This document shows, piece by piece, positions 54,768 through 64,000 of a stretch of 64,000 nt of DNA. Under the pieces are notes generated by a model, which worked only from the letters and a program-made list of their open reading frames with translations, ran no database searches and was not told the DNA's origin. A program made the position numbers and the translations under genes. Position 1 is the stretch's first letter. Each line of letters begins with the position of its first letter. This DNA comes from Coprobacillus sp. CAG:605 (GTDB lineage: Bacteria > Bacillota_I > Bacilli_A > RF39 > UBA660), in contig HF998230.1 in the NCBI GenBank assembly GCA_000433255.1, positions 9,589 to 73,588 of the forward strand. Direction: 5' to 3'.

Positions 54768-54954
54768 ATACCTGTAAAGAGTTGTAAAACTATAGTCAAA
54801 ATAGACATGACATTTTACATAAAAGCTAAGAAATTATGAAAATTCTTAGTTTTTTCTTGATTTTAAAAGCAAAGATATGCTAACCTTTAATATGTAAGGA
54901 CAATAAGCCTTATACCCAAATTATTTTATTAAATAGAGAGAGGATGTATTAATT

Positions 54955-55227
54955 ATGGGAAAAACTGAATTAGTTGAATTAATTGCTGCTAAAGCTGGAT
55001 TAACAAAAGCTGACGCTGCTAGAGCATTAGATGCTTGCTTAGAAGGAATTGTTGAAGGACTTAAAAAAGAAGGAAAAGTTTCATTAGTAGGATTTGGAAC
55101 ATTCTCAGCTAAAGAAAGAGCTGCTAGAGAAGGTATCAACCCATTAACTAAAGAACCATTAAAAATTCCTGCTAAAACTGTTGCTTCATTCAAAGCTGGA
55201 AGCAAACTAAAAGACGCTTTAAACTAA
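54955..55227 (+). CDS. hup: DNA-binding protein HU
   Basis: MGKTELVELIAAKAGLTKADAARALDACLEGIVEGLKKEGKVSLVGFGTFSAKERAAREGINPLTKEPLKIPA. Confidence 0.95.
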   Translation: MGKTELVELIAAKAGLTKADAARALDACLEGIVEGLKKEGKVSLVGFGTFSAKERAAREGINPLTKEPLKIPAKTVASFKAGSKLKDALN

Positions 55228-55242
55228 TAAAAGTGTAAACTA

Positions 55243-55266
55243 AGATGCCAAGTTGCATCTTTTTTT
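55243..55266 (+). terminator. rho-independent terminator after hup
   Basis: AGATGC-CAAGTT-GCATCT plus TTTTTT. Confidence 0.75.
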
Positions 55267-55422
55267 GCACTTTTTTTAAAAAAGTTGTTAGAAAAAAAAG
55301 AAAATCAAGGATCTACCGGTAATATATATAATTGAGAGGAGGTAAAAAATCCACCGTTGCTTCATCTTAAAAGAATAATCATGGGTTAGTAAAAATAAAA
55401 CGAACGAACGTATCAAAAAATC

Positions 55423-55451
55423 TTGACACCCAAAAATTTGTTTGGTACAAT
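55423..55451 (+). promoter_or_regulatory. consensus-like sigma-A promoter of recA
   Basis: TTGACA (55423-55428), 17 nt, TGgTACAAT (-10 at 55446-55451). AGGAGG at 55464-55469. Confidence 0.7.
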
Positions 55452-55474
55452 CTAGTAGTAAGTAGGAGGTTATC

Positions 55475-56521
55475 ATGAAAATTACAAAAGAAGAAAAGGA
55501 TAAAGATAAGGCGTTGGAACAAGTACTAGCCGATATTGAAAAACAATTCGGTAAAGGTGCTATTATGAAACTAGGTGGTGAAGAACACCTAAATATTGAA
55601 GTTACTCCTAGTGGCTCATTATCATTAGATATAGCTTTAGGAGTAGGTGGATACCCTAAAGGAAGAATAATTGAAATCTATGGCCCTGAATCAAGTGGTA
55701 AAACAACCTTTGCCCTTCAAGCAATTGCTGAAGTACAAAAACGTGGTGGACGTGCAGCTTTTATTGATGCTGAACATGCTCTAGACCCAGTATATGCAAA
55801 AAACCTAGGCGTTAACATTAATGAATTACTATTAAGTCAACCAGATACGGGGGAACAAGCCCTAGAAATCTGTGAAGCTTTAGTCCGTAGTGAAGCTGTT
55901 AATATCGTTGTTATTGACTCCGTAGCGGCTCTTGTACCTCAAGCAGAAATCGAAGGCGAAATGGGAGATTCACATGTAGGGTTACAAGCTAGACTTATGT
56001 CCCAGGCTTTAAGAAAACTATCAGGAACTATCAATAAAACCAAAACTACCGCAATATTTATTAACCAATTAAGAGAAAAAGTAGGCGTCATGTTTGGAAA
56101 TCCTGAAACAACCCCTGGTGGTAGGGCTTTAAAATTCTATTCGAGCATTCGCCTAGATATTAGAAGAGCTGAACAAATTAAAGACGGCGATAAAATTGTT
56201 GGTAATCGCACTAACATCAAAGTTGTTAAAAACAAAGTGGCACCACCATTTAAAACCGCATCAGTTGATATTATGTATGGTAGTGGAATCTCACATGAAG
56301 GCGAATTAGTTGACTTAGCAAGCGATATCGATATTATCGAAAAAAGTGGCGCATGGTACTCATATAATGGAGAAAAAATTGGCCAAGGTAAAGAAAATGC
56401 TAAAGCTTACCTAAGAAACAACCCAGAGTTTGCTAAACAAATTGAAGAACAAATAAGAGAACATTATAATTTCAATGATGTCAAGGATAAGAAAAAAGAA
56501 AAAGAAACTAAAGAAAAATAG
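55475..56521 (+). CDS. recA: recombinase RecA
   Basis: [22 protein letters not shown], Walker [19 protein letters not shown], and L2 [22 protein letters not shown]. Confidence 0.97.
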   Translation: MKITKEEKDKDKALEQVLADIEKQFGKGAIMKLGGEEHLNIEVTPSGSLSLDIALGVGGYPKGRIIEIYGPESSGKTTFALQAIAEVQKRGGRAAFIDAEHALDPVYAKNLGVNINELLLSQPDTGEQALEICEALVRSEAVNIVVIDSVAALVPQAEIEGEMGDSHVGLQARLMSQALRKLSGTINKTKTTAIFINQLREKVGVMFGNPETTPGGRALKFYSSIRLDIRRAEQIKDGDKIVGNRTNIKVVKNKVAPPFKTASVDIMYGSGISHEGELVDLASDIDIIEKSGAWYSYNGEKIGQGKENAKAYLRNNPEFAKQIEEQIREHYNFNDVKDKKKEKETKEK

Positions 56522-56565
56522 TTTCTTTTTCCTTAATTTATGCTAAAATAATCTAGTGTTAAGAA

Positions 56566-58491
56566 ATGGGGGAGATAAGTGTGTTAGTAGTTAAAAATAA
56601 AAAGAAAAAACACCACTATATTTTAGCCCTCGTTTTATTTTTCATTATTATTCTAATTTCTTTTGGTATTTTTGCTTGGGCTTATATAGTCTACAATGCC
56701 CCAAACTTTAATAAAGAAAACTTATATAATAAAGAATCAACCATCATTCTTTCAAAAAATAACAATACCATTGCTCGTCTTGGTAATGAAAATAGAGAAT
56801 TAGTTACTTATAAAGACTTACCTCAAACTTTAATTGATGCCATAGTAGCCACCGAAGATGCGAGATTTTTTCAACATAATGGCTTTGATGCCATGCGCTT
56901 TTTAAAAGCCTCTATTGGTCAATTAAAGGGCGATACCACCGCTGGTGGTGCCTCAACCATAACCATGCAAATATCAAAAAATGCCTATACTTCTAACGAA
57001 TCTAATGGTATTGAAGGCATCATTCGTAAATTTACAGACATCTACATATCTATGTTTAAGTTAGAAAGAACTTACTCTAAAGAAGAACTCTTAGAATTCT
57101 ATGTTAATTTTCCATATCTTGGTTCTAACTGTTATGGAGTTGAAACGGCCTCCCTAAATTACTTTGGTAAACACGTTAACGACTTAACCTTATCTGAATC
57201 AGCCCTAATTGCTGGTTTATTTAACGCTCCATCAGACTATGATCCTAGACAAAACCCAGAAAATGCTACCAAACGTCGAAATGAAGTATTAAAATTAATG
57301 TATAAACATGGTTATATTACCGAAACTCAATTTAATGATGAACTAGATATTTCCCTGGATTCTTTATTAATTAAAAAGCCTGATACCAATACTAAGTATC
57401 AAGGTTTTATCGATACCGTTGTCGAAGAGGTAATTAAAGATACAGGGCTTAATCCTTATACTGTACCTATGGTTATAAAAACCACTTTAGATGAAAATGT
57501 TCAAGACGCTATCGATAATGTTATGAATAATAAGAAGAACTTTAAAGATGATATTATTCAGGCTGGTCTTGCCATTACAAGTACAGATGATGGTAGTATC
57601 CTAGGTATTGGAGCTGGACGTAAACGTACAGGTGCTAGACAATATAACTATGCTACCATGGCCCACCGTCAACCCGGTTCAGCCATAAAACCCTTTATGG
57701 ATTATGGCCCATACTTTGAATACACCGATGCCACTCCAAACACCCTCATTCTAGATGCTCCATACACTTATACTAATGGTACCAATATCTTTAATGCTGC
57801 TCGTGATTACAAAGGCTTTATAACCGCTAAACAAGCCCTAGCTGAATCCCGTAACATCCCCGCTTTAAAAGTGTTTCAAAGTGTTGATAGACAAAAAATT
57901 GCTAATTATGTCCATTCCTTTGGTATCGACTATGGCCAAAACCTTTATGAATCCGCATCTATTGGGGCCTTTGATGGTGTAACGGCCTTAGAAATGTCAG
58001 CAGCCTATGGTGCCTATGCAAGGGGAGGCTATTATATCGAACCATATTCCTATACCCAAATTACTTACCGTGATAATGGTGAGATATACGTTAAAACAAC
58101 TAAAAAAACTAAAGTTTGTAGTAAAAAAACTGCTAAATACATTAATGATATCTTAGTCAGTGCGGCTAGTGAATACCACAATCTAGGTACCTTAGAAATT
58201 GGTTCTACCCAAGCGGCTGCTAAAACCGGAACCACAACAATTGATAGCAAAATAATCAAAGCCCTTGACTTAAACGAATCAGCTATTATGGACTCTTGGG
58301 CTTGCATCTATACTAGAGAATACAGCATTGGCCTTTGGTATGGATATGATACCATAAGCCAAAGTAACTACATGGTACCTCTAGACGGAACCCTAGGACG
58401 CCGTCGTATCATAAAAAAACTCGTTAAACAACTATTTACGACTAACTCTAACCTCATAACTAGCGATGAATCCTTCACTTTAGACGACTAA
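56566..58491 (+). CDS. class A penicillin-binding protein (GT51 transglycosylase + transpeptidase)
   Basis: GT51 motifs ATEDARFFQHNGFD, GGASTITMQ, RKF.E. Transpeptidase motif GSAIKPF. The GTG at 56581 is an alternative start. Confidence 0.9.
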   Translation: MGEISVLVVKNKKKKHHYILALVLFFIIILISFGIFAWAYIVYNAPNFNKENLYNKESTIILSKNNNTIARLGNENRELVTYKDLPQTLIDAIVATEDARFFQHNGFDAMRFLKASIGQLKGDTTAGGASTITMQISKNAYTSNESNGIEGIIRKFTDIYISMFKLERTYSKEELLEFYVNFPYLGSNCYGVETASLNYFGKHVNDLTLSESALIAGLFNAPSDYDPRQNPENATKRRNEVLKLMYKHGYITETQFNDELDISLDSLLIKKPDTNTKYQGFIDTVVEEVIKDTGLNPYTVPMVIKTTLDENVQDAIDNVMNNKKNFKDDIIQAGLAITSTDDGSILGIGAGRKRTGARQYNYATMAHRQPGSAIKPFMDYGPYFEYTDATPNTLILDAPYTYTNGTNIFNAARDYKGFITAKQALAESRNIPALKVFQSVDRQKIANYVHSFGIDYGQNLYESASIGAFDGVTALEMSAAYGAYARGGYYIEPYSYTQITYRDNGEIYVKTTKKTKVCSKKTAKYINDILVSAASEYHNLGTLEIGSTQAAAKTGTTTIDSKIIKALDLNESAIMDSWACIYTREYSIGLWYGYDTISQSNYMVPLDGTLGRRRIIKKLVKQLFTTNSNLITSDESFTLDD

Positions 58492-58607
58492 ACAAGTTAC
58501 AAGCTAACTTGTTTTTAAATACCTCCAAAAAATTTTCCATTGCTAAATTAAGAAAAGTTCTTTATAATAAAATTATAGATGCAAATCTATAAGAAAAGGA
58601 GATAATT

Positions 58608-60176
58608 ATGGTATATGGTACAGAACCCATAAATTTTCCCATTATTATTGCACTTATCTTTGGAACTTTTTTAGGAATACTTATAGTAATGATTATAAAT
58701 ATACTTAAGAAAAAAAGACTAGAAGAAAAAGCTAGTAAATTAATTAATGACGCTATTCGCGAAGCTGAAAAAAGAAAACGCGATAGCATGATGGAGCTTA
58801 AAGAAGAATCTTATCGTCTTAAACAAGAAACCGATAAAGAAGTTAAAGAACGTAAACAAGAACTAAAAGAACAAGAAGAAAGATTACTTCAAAGAGAATC
58901 CAGTCTTGATAAAAGAGAAGAACTCCTTCAAGCAAGATCCAATAACCTTGATAAAAAAGATGATGATTTATTAGCTAAACAAAAAGAGTTACAAGAAAAA
59001 GACATGAAAATGGAGGAAATATTAAAAAGCGAATTAGAACGCTTAGAAGAAATAAGTAAATTCAGTAAAGAAAAAGCTCATGACGAAATCATGAAACGTG
59101 TTAGTAACGACATGGCTTTAGAAATTGCTGATTATATTAAAACAGAGGAAGCAGAAGCAAAATTAGTTGCTCATGAAAAAGCTAAAAACTTAATAGTTAA
59201 TGCTATGCAAAGATACGCTAATGATGTAACTAGTGAACAAACTACTAGTACAATTAACTTACCTAATGATGAAATGAAAGGAAGACTAATTGGTAGGGAA
59301 GGTAGAAATATTAGAACGATTGAATCAGTAACTGGTGTTGATTTAATTATTGACGACACTCCTGAAACTATTGTTGTATCCTCATTTGATCCATTGCGTC
59401 GTGAAATAGCTAAAATTACGATTGAAACTTTAATTAAAGATGGTCGTATTCATCCAGCTAGAATTGAAGAATTATACGAAAAAGTATGTAACGATATGAA
59501 TACGAAGATTACGGAAATAGGTAATAATGCCATCTATGAACTAGGACTTACTAAAGTTGATCCTGAATTAGTAAACCTAATTGGTAAATTAAACTTTAGA
59601 ACTAGTTATGGTCAAAATGCCCTAAAACATTCCATCGAAGTTGGCCATTTATGTGGCCTTATGGCTGCAGAACTTGGTGAAAACGTTATGCTTGCCCGTC
59701 GGGCAGGATTGCTTCATGATATTGGTAAAGCCATAGATTACGAGATTGAAGGATCTCATGTAGAACTTGGTGTTAAAATAGCTAAAAAATACCATGAAGA
59801 TAAAACCGTTATTAATGCCATCGCCTCTCACCATGGAGATACCGCACAAGAAAGCATTATTGCCGTTTTAGTTCAAGTAGCGGATACCTTATCAGCAGCT
59901 CGTCCTGGTGCTCGTAATGATTCATTAGAAAATTACGTTAAACGTCTAGAACAACTAGAAGCCATTGGTAATTCTTTTGAAGGTGTTGAAAAAACATATG
60001 CAATGCAAGCGGGAAGAGAAGTTAGAGTTATGGTTAAACCAGACGAAGTTACAGATGCTAAATCATTTAAAATTGCCCGTGATATGAAAGAAAAAATCGA
60101 AGCCGAAATGCAATATCCTGGCACCATTAAAATTACAGTTATAAGAGAAACTAGAGCGCAAGAAGAAGCAAAATAG
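58608..60176 (+). CDS. rny: ribonuclease Y
   Basis: N-terminal TM, coiled coil, KH (GRLIGREGRNIRTIESVTGVDLIIDD) and HD domain (HSIEVGHL..LLHDIGKA). Confidence 0.95.
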   Translation: MVYGTEPINFPIIIALIFGTFLGILIVMIINILKKKRLEEKASKLINDAIREAEKRKRDSMMELKEESYRLKQETDKEVKERKQELKEQEERLLQRESSLDKREELLQARSNNLDKKDDDLLAKQKELQEKDMKMEEILKSELERLEEISKFSKEKAHDEIMKRVSNDMALEIADYIKTEEAEAKLVAHEKAKNLIVNAMQRYANDVTSEQTTSTINLPNDEMKGRLIGREGRNIRTIESVTGVDLIIDDTPETIVVSSFDPLRREIAKITIETLIKDGRIHPARIEELYEKVCNDMNTKITEIGNNAIYELGLTKVDPELVNLIGKLNFRTSYGQNALKHSIEVGHLCGLMAAELGENVMLARRAGLLHDIGKAIDYEIEGSHVELGVKIAKKYHEDKTVINAIASHHGDTAQESIIAVLVQVADTLSAARPGARNDSLENYVKRLEQLEAIGNSFEGVEKTYAMQAGREVRVMVKPDEVTDAKSFKIARDMKEKIEAEMQYPGTIKITVIRETRAQEEAK

Positions 60177-60222
60177 TTTCTTTTTTTCTTTCTCTAGTGT
60201 ATAATAAACTTGTGAGGTAACT

Positions 60223-61305
60223 ATGAAAAAAGGAATCCTAAGAATACTACTTTTAATCATTGGACTAATACTTTTAATAAGTGCTTATGCCCTAAATAAA
60301 TATAACTTACTAAGAACAATCTTACTTATAATTGGTCTAATATTATTAGTCACCCAAAGTGTTTTAGAACGTAATCATAAATTTATCTTTGCTATTTTAT
60401 TTACTTTAATCTATCTTGGCTTTGCCATAACTATTGATTACATCGTTGTAAAAACATTCCATAAAACACCCGTTCTAACCCTTAACATCCTAACTACTGG
60501 TAATGTTAAAATATATAACTCCTTTGGTTACCGTGTTTGGCAATGTGATACCTCTAAAGAAGAATATATCGTTGACCCCCTAAATAAACTAGGATACTTC
60601 TGCAGTACCGACAATATGAATACCATTAATATCAATGTTATATCTAAAGAACTAGTTAATAACTTTAAAAAATACCAAAATACTTTTATCAAACTAGATG
60701 GCAAGGTAAGTAGTATCGTGGGTAATGAATATTTTACTTTAAATCCTTATACAATCGATAATAATAATCTAAATAACCAAGTAACTTTCCAAGATAACTT
60801 AACTCTTCAAGTATATAATAATGACCTATCAAAAAACATCAGTGAGTACCGCGTTTATGATAATATAACTTTCATTGGTCGTATTAACTCCATTGAAGAG
60901 CAGAATAGTAAGTACACCATTAAAATAACCGATACATTAATTACGAATAAAGATATAGGTGATTTTACTATTGATGTAACCTTAAATGACGCTTGTAACT
61001 TAGATAAACAATACCTTACCAAGGTCGATAGTGATACCATCTATACCAGCTGTCTAAAAAATGTCTTAATAAACTATGATAATGGCTCGTCTTATGAACT
61101 ACTTTATGCCTTAGAAAATCGTAATATCTTATGGAATGATTTCTTATCTAAAGCTAGTAACTATGAAACTTTAACGCAATATAGTAAATTTACTTTTTCT
61201 AAGTTCGATGTTATAAAATGTAATAACAACGACTTTATAATTAGTAATAAAAATAGTAATCTAGATAATATTTGTACCATGTCTACTGATACCGGTTCAG
61301 TTTAG
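60223..61305 (+). CDS. hypothetical membrane protein with extracytoplasmic domain
   Basis: Three N-terminal TM segments and GTGAGG RBS. Confidence 0.5.
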   Translation: MKKGILRILLLIIGLILLISAYALNKYNLLRTILLIIGLILLVTQSVLERNHKFIFAILFTLIYLGFAITIDYIVVKTFHKTPVLTLNILTTGNVKIYNSFGYRVWQCDTSKEEYIVDPLNKLGYFCSTDNMNTININVISKELVNNFKKYQNTFIKLDGKVSSIVGNEYFTLNPYTIDNNNLNNQVTFQDNLTLQVYNNDLSKNISEYRVYDNITFIGRINSIEEQNSKYTIKITDTLITNKDIGDFTIDVTLNDACNLDKQYLTKVDSDTIYTSCLKNVLINYDNGSSYELLYALENRNILWNDFLSKASNYETLTQYSKFTFSKFDVIKCNNNDFIISNKNSNLDNICTMSTDTGSV

Positions 61306-61390
61306 TCCATACTTTTACTAGAACCAATTGACATCAGTACTCCGCATCGGTATAATAAAAGTATCTTTTAAAAATACATGGAGGATTTGA

Positions 61391-62104
61391 ATGAAAAAGA
61401 ATTTTATCGGCATCTTTTTTGCCATCGTAGCCATAATAGCAGTGGCTCTAATTGTGTTAATGCTAAATTATAAGAAAGGAATAAGCAAACCAGAAGTTAG
61501 TGATGCGGCTAGATTTAAAGATGAATATGTATCTTTAAATGATCAAACTAACAGTAGTAATAAAACTTATCCCCAAGTAACTATCAGTGATAATAACAAG
61601 TTTCATTATGCTAATGAAACAGAAATCTTAGATATTTTAAATGGTCAAACTGGCGTTATCTATTTTGGCTTTCCAACTTGCCCTTGGTGCCGTAATATAA
61701 TCTCTTTATTAGATGAAGTATCATTATCTTATTCTACTGATAAAATATATTATTTTAATATTAAAGATATTAGAAGTACAATTACTGTTAATGATAACAA
61801 TGAATTAGAAACTAAAAAAGGTACTGACTTTTATTATCAACTATTAGAAAAACTAGATAGTTCCTTAGAAGATTACACTATAACTGATAAGAAAGATAAA
61901 ACCATTAAAACTGGTGAAAAGAGATTATACGCTCCAACTGTTATCTTTGTTAAAAATGGGGAAGTAGTAGAATTTATTGAAGGCACTGTTGATAGTCAAA
62001 AAGACCCATATGTAGCATTAAACGAGAGCCAAAGAAATGAACTTATCAGTAAATATCAAGCCGGCTTTAACAAATTAGGCGATATTTGCGATGAAAAATG
62101 TTAA
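61391..62104 (+). CDS. membrane-anchored thioredoxin-fold protein (CxxC)
   Basis: N-terminal TM and the motif [15 protein letters not shown]. Confidence 0.65.
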   Translation: MKKNFIGIFFAIVAIIAVALIVLMLNYKKGISKPEVSDAARFKDEYVSLNDQTNSSNKTYPQVTISDNNKFHYANETEILDILNGQTGVIYFGFPTCPWCRNIISLLDEVSLSYSTDKIYYFNIKDIRSTITVNDNNELETKKGTDFYYQLLEKLDSSLEDYTITDKKDKTIKTGEKRLYAPTVIFVKNGEVVEFIEGTVDSQKDPYVALNESQRNELISKYQAGFNKLGDICDEKC

Positions 62105-62180
62105 AAAATTAACAAAAAAGGGTTCACAAAACCCCAAAATTATGATAAGATTATTCATGTACTGACGCAGTACATGATAT

Positions 62181-62257
62181 CGAGAAGTAGCACAGCTTGG
62201 TAGTGCACTTGGTTTGGGACCAAGGGGTCGCAGGTTCGAATCCTGTCTTCTCGACCA
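62181..62257 (+). tRNA. tRNA-Pro (anticodon TGG)
   Basis: CGAGAAGTAGCACAGCTTGGTAGTGCACTTGGTTTGGGACCAAGGGGTCGCAGGTTCGAATCCTGTCTTCTCGACCA is a canonical cloverleaf with encoded CCA. Confidence 0.9.
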
Positions 62258-62268
62258 TTTAGATACTT

Positions 62269-62297
62269 AACACTGGATATTCCAGTGTTTTCTTTTG
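62269..62297 (+). terminator. rho-independent terminator after tRNA-Pro
   Basis: AACACTGGA-TAT-TCCAGTGTT plus TTCTTTT. Confidence 0.7.
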
Positions 62298-62363
62298 ACT
62301 CTTAATTTGTTTGCAAATCAATAATATATATGTTAGAATAAACCCTACGAAAGAAGGAGTCTT

Positions 62364-62816
62364 ATGAAATACTATTATAATACAACAATAAATCAATTAT
62401 TATTAATAGATGATTACCAAGCTGATTATACTAATGCTATAACTTTATATAGCCGAGCATTAGATATTCTAGCCACATTTTATTATAAAAAAATCCCTTG
62501 TATCGTAAGTTATGATAAAGATACTAATGGGGCCTATTGCTACTTAAATGGCACTAGAGTACCAGTTCTAATTTATGATGATACTAAGGAATCATATCCT
62601 GAATACATTAATAAAGTAATTGATTTAATGCCTAACATTGAAAGCACTAAATTTATATATACGGTTAATAAATCTTGCCTAAATAGTAAGAACTATGCTA
62701 GCCTTAAAGATATTGATTCTAAAATAACTTTAATTAATAGTGAATACCCCTATGATAGTCTAAATCTTACTATTGCTAGATATGTTAGAAAATTATATAA
62801 AAAAAGAAGTCGCTAA
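62364..62816 (+). CDS. hypothetical protein (150 aa)
   Basis: GAAGGAG RBS. No domain recognised. Confidence 0.5.
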   Translation: MKYYYNTTINQLLLIDDYQADYTNAITLYSRALDILATFYYKKIPCIVSYDKDTNGAYCYLNGTRVPVLIYDDTKESYPEYINKVIDLMPNIESTKFIYTVNKSCLNSKNYASLKDIDSKITLINSEYPYDSLNLTIARYVRKLYKKRSR

Positions 62817-62990
62817 CTATTTATTAGCGGCTTTTTTCATACTTCTTGCTTCTCTTGCTGAAGTAACAATTTTTTCACCATTAATGGTAACTGTTACTTT
62901 ATTTGGTTTTTGAAAAGATTTAGTAGCATTAAGAGCATGACTTCTTAAATTTACTGATAAAGGTTTTTTAGTAGTTACTTTTTTTGCCAT
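62817..62990 (-). CDS. rpmB: 50S ribosomal protein L28
   Basis: Absent from the ORF track (57 aa). The reverse strand gives MAKKVTTKKPLSVNLRSHALNATKSFQKPNKVTVTINGEKIVTSAREARSMKKAANK, and RSHA.NATKR-type is the L28 signature. GGAGGATAAC RBS. Confidence 0.85.
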   Translation of the reverse strand: MAKKVTTKKPLSVNLRSHALNATKSFQKPNKVTVTINGEKIVTSAREARSMKKAANK

Positions 62991-63113
62991 AGTTATCCTC
63001 CTTTTGTTTCGTATCTCTTAAAATATTACCATAGATATGCTATATTGTCAAATGATTTTCGGTTTGATATAATGATACTGCAAACAATTATAAATAAATG
63101 AAAGTAGAATTAT

Positions 63114-64000
63114 ATGGATAAAAATATATATGAAATATTAAATAAAATTGAAAAATGTGGTTTTGAAGCTTATATTGTTGGGGGTTATGTTAGAGATTAC
63201 TTGCTGGGTATTAAGAGTTATGATATTGATATTTGTACTAACGCCTTACCTAAAGATATCGCTAAAATATTTATCGGCAATGTTTCTAATATTAATTATG
63301 GTTCGTATAAATTAACTTTTAATAATTATAACTTTGATATTACAACATATCGTAGAGAATTAGAATACACCAATAGACGTCCTACTAAAATAGAGTATAC
63401 ATCAAATCTCTTACTAGATATCGAACGACGTGATTTTACTATGAATACTATTATCATGAATAAAAAAGGGGAGATTATCGACTTACTTGGTGGTATCAAT
63501 GATATTCAAAACAAGAAAATCAAATGTGTTGGTAATGTCGATAATAAATTAAAAGAAGACCCTCTACGTATCCTAAGAGCCATAAGATTTGCCATAACTC
63601 TAAACTTTTCTTTAGATAAAGAACTTTTAAGTGCTATAAAAAGAAATAAAAAACTAATTAATACTTTATCTTACCAAAGAAAAAGAAGTGAACTAGATAA
63701 AATACTAGCTAGTAAATACGTTATTAAAGGTATTAATCTTCTAAAGAAACTAGACTTACTTAGTATGTTAGAAATAAAAGTAAAAAAACTAGTCTTGGTT
63801 GACGATCTAGCCGGTATGTATGCCCAAATCGAGGTAAGCGATAACTATCCATTTACAAAAACTGAAAAAAATAACATCGAAAAAATTAAAAAAATCGTTA
63901 AATATGGTAAAATAGATAACTATATATTATTTAATGAAGGTCTTTATCTTTCTTCAGTAGCGGGTATTATCTTGGGTAAAACAAGAATTCAAGTGGCTAA
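63114..64000 (+). CDS. cca: CCA-adding tRNA nucleotidyltransferase, 3' end outside window
   Basis: Not in the ORF track because there is no stop in the window. MDKNIYEILNKIEKCGFEAYIVGGYVRDYLLGIKSYDIDICT..ITTYRRELEYTNRRPTKIEYTSNLLLDIERRDFTMN has the GG.VRD, D.D and RRDFT motifs. Confidence 0.85.
   Translation, partial: MDKNIYEILNKIEKCGFEAYIVGGYVRDYLLGIKSYDIDICTNALPKDIAKIFIGNVSNINYGSYKLTFNNYNFDITTYRRELEYTNRRPTKIEYTSNLLLDIERRDFTMNTIIMNKKGEIIDLLGGINDIQNKKIKCVGNVDNKLKEDPLRILRAIRFAITLNFSLDKELLSAIKRNKKLINTLSYQRKRSELDKILASKYVIKGINLLKKLDLLSMLEIKVKKLVLVDDLAGMYAQIEVSDNYPFTKTEKNNIEKIKKIVKYGKIDNYILFNEGLYLSSVAGIILGKTRIQVA

Noticed and set aside
55401-55414. A LexA/Cheo SOS box upstream of recA (CGAACGAACGTATC).
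   Set aside because: Only the left half-site matches CGAAC-N4-GTTCG; the right half reads GTATC. It is too degenerate to call without knowing that the genome has lexA or seeing other boxes.

Overview
The window is about 30% G+C and reads as chromosome from a low-GC, spore-forming Firmicute using the standard code; TGA acts as a stop. Calls rest on motif recognition by eye, with no database searches. Most genes are on the + strand. Recognisable housekeeping genes are recA, rny, recG, rnj, hup, rpmB, cca, trmB, sufB, a class A PBP, a D-Ala-D-Ala carboxypeptidase, cysteine desulfurase plus a TtcA-like PP-loop ATPase, a U32 peptidase, spoVS, a CotY/CotZ-like coat protein and three tRNAs. Accessory blocks sit between them.
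- 16.5-18.5 kb: an AbiEi/AbiEii toxin-antitoxin cassette.
- 24.8-33.2 kb: a surface module. It holds a TasA-like protein, a SipW-type signal peptidase fused to a polytopic domain, and a two-TM protein. Divergent from these are a YfhO-family protein and a 1017-aa protein with a prepilin-type N-terminus, a Pro-rich linker and three tandem glycine-rich modules.
- 33.2-37.0 kb: a csoR-copA-copZ copper operon carrying two pseudogenes.
- 46.6-49.8 kb: a disrupted locus of TasA-like/FGE (C-type-lectin-fold) surface proteins. Their last ~40 codons are adenine-depleted and GC-rich, like a diversity-generating-retroelement variable region, but no reverse transcriptase or template repeat is in the window.
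- Elsewhere: a double-dockerin protein with an NPDTG sorting signal, a MucBP-sortase pair, palindromic TCTGCAGA repeats, and a candidate small RNA between recG and a tRNA pair.
I saw no CRISPR array, rRNA or intact mobile element.
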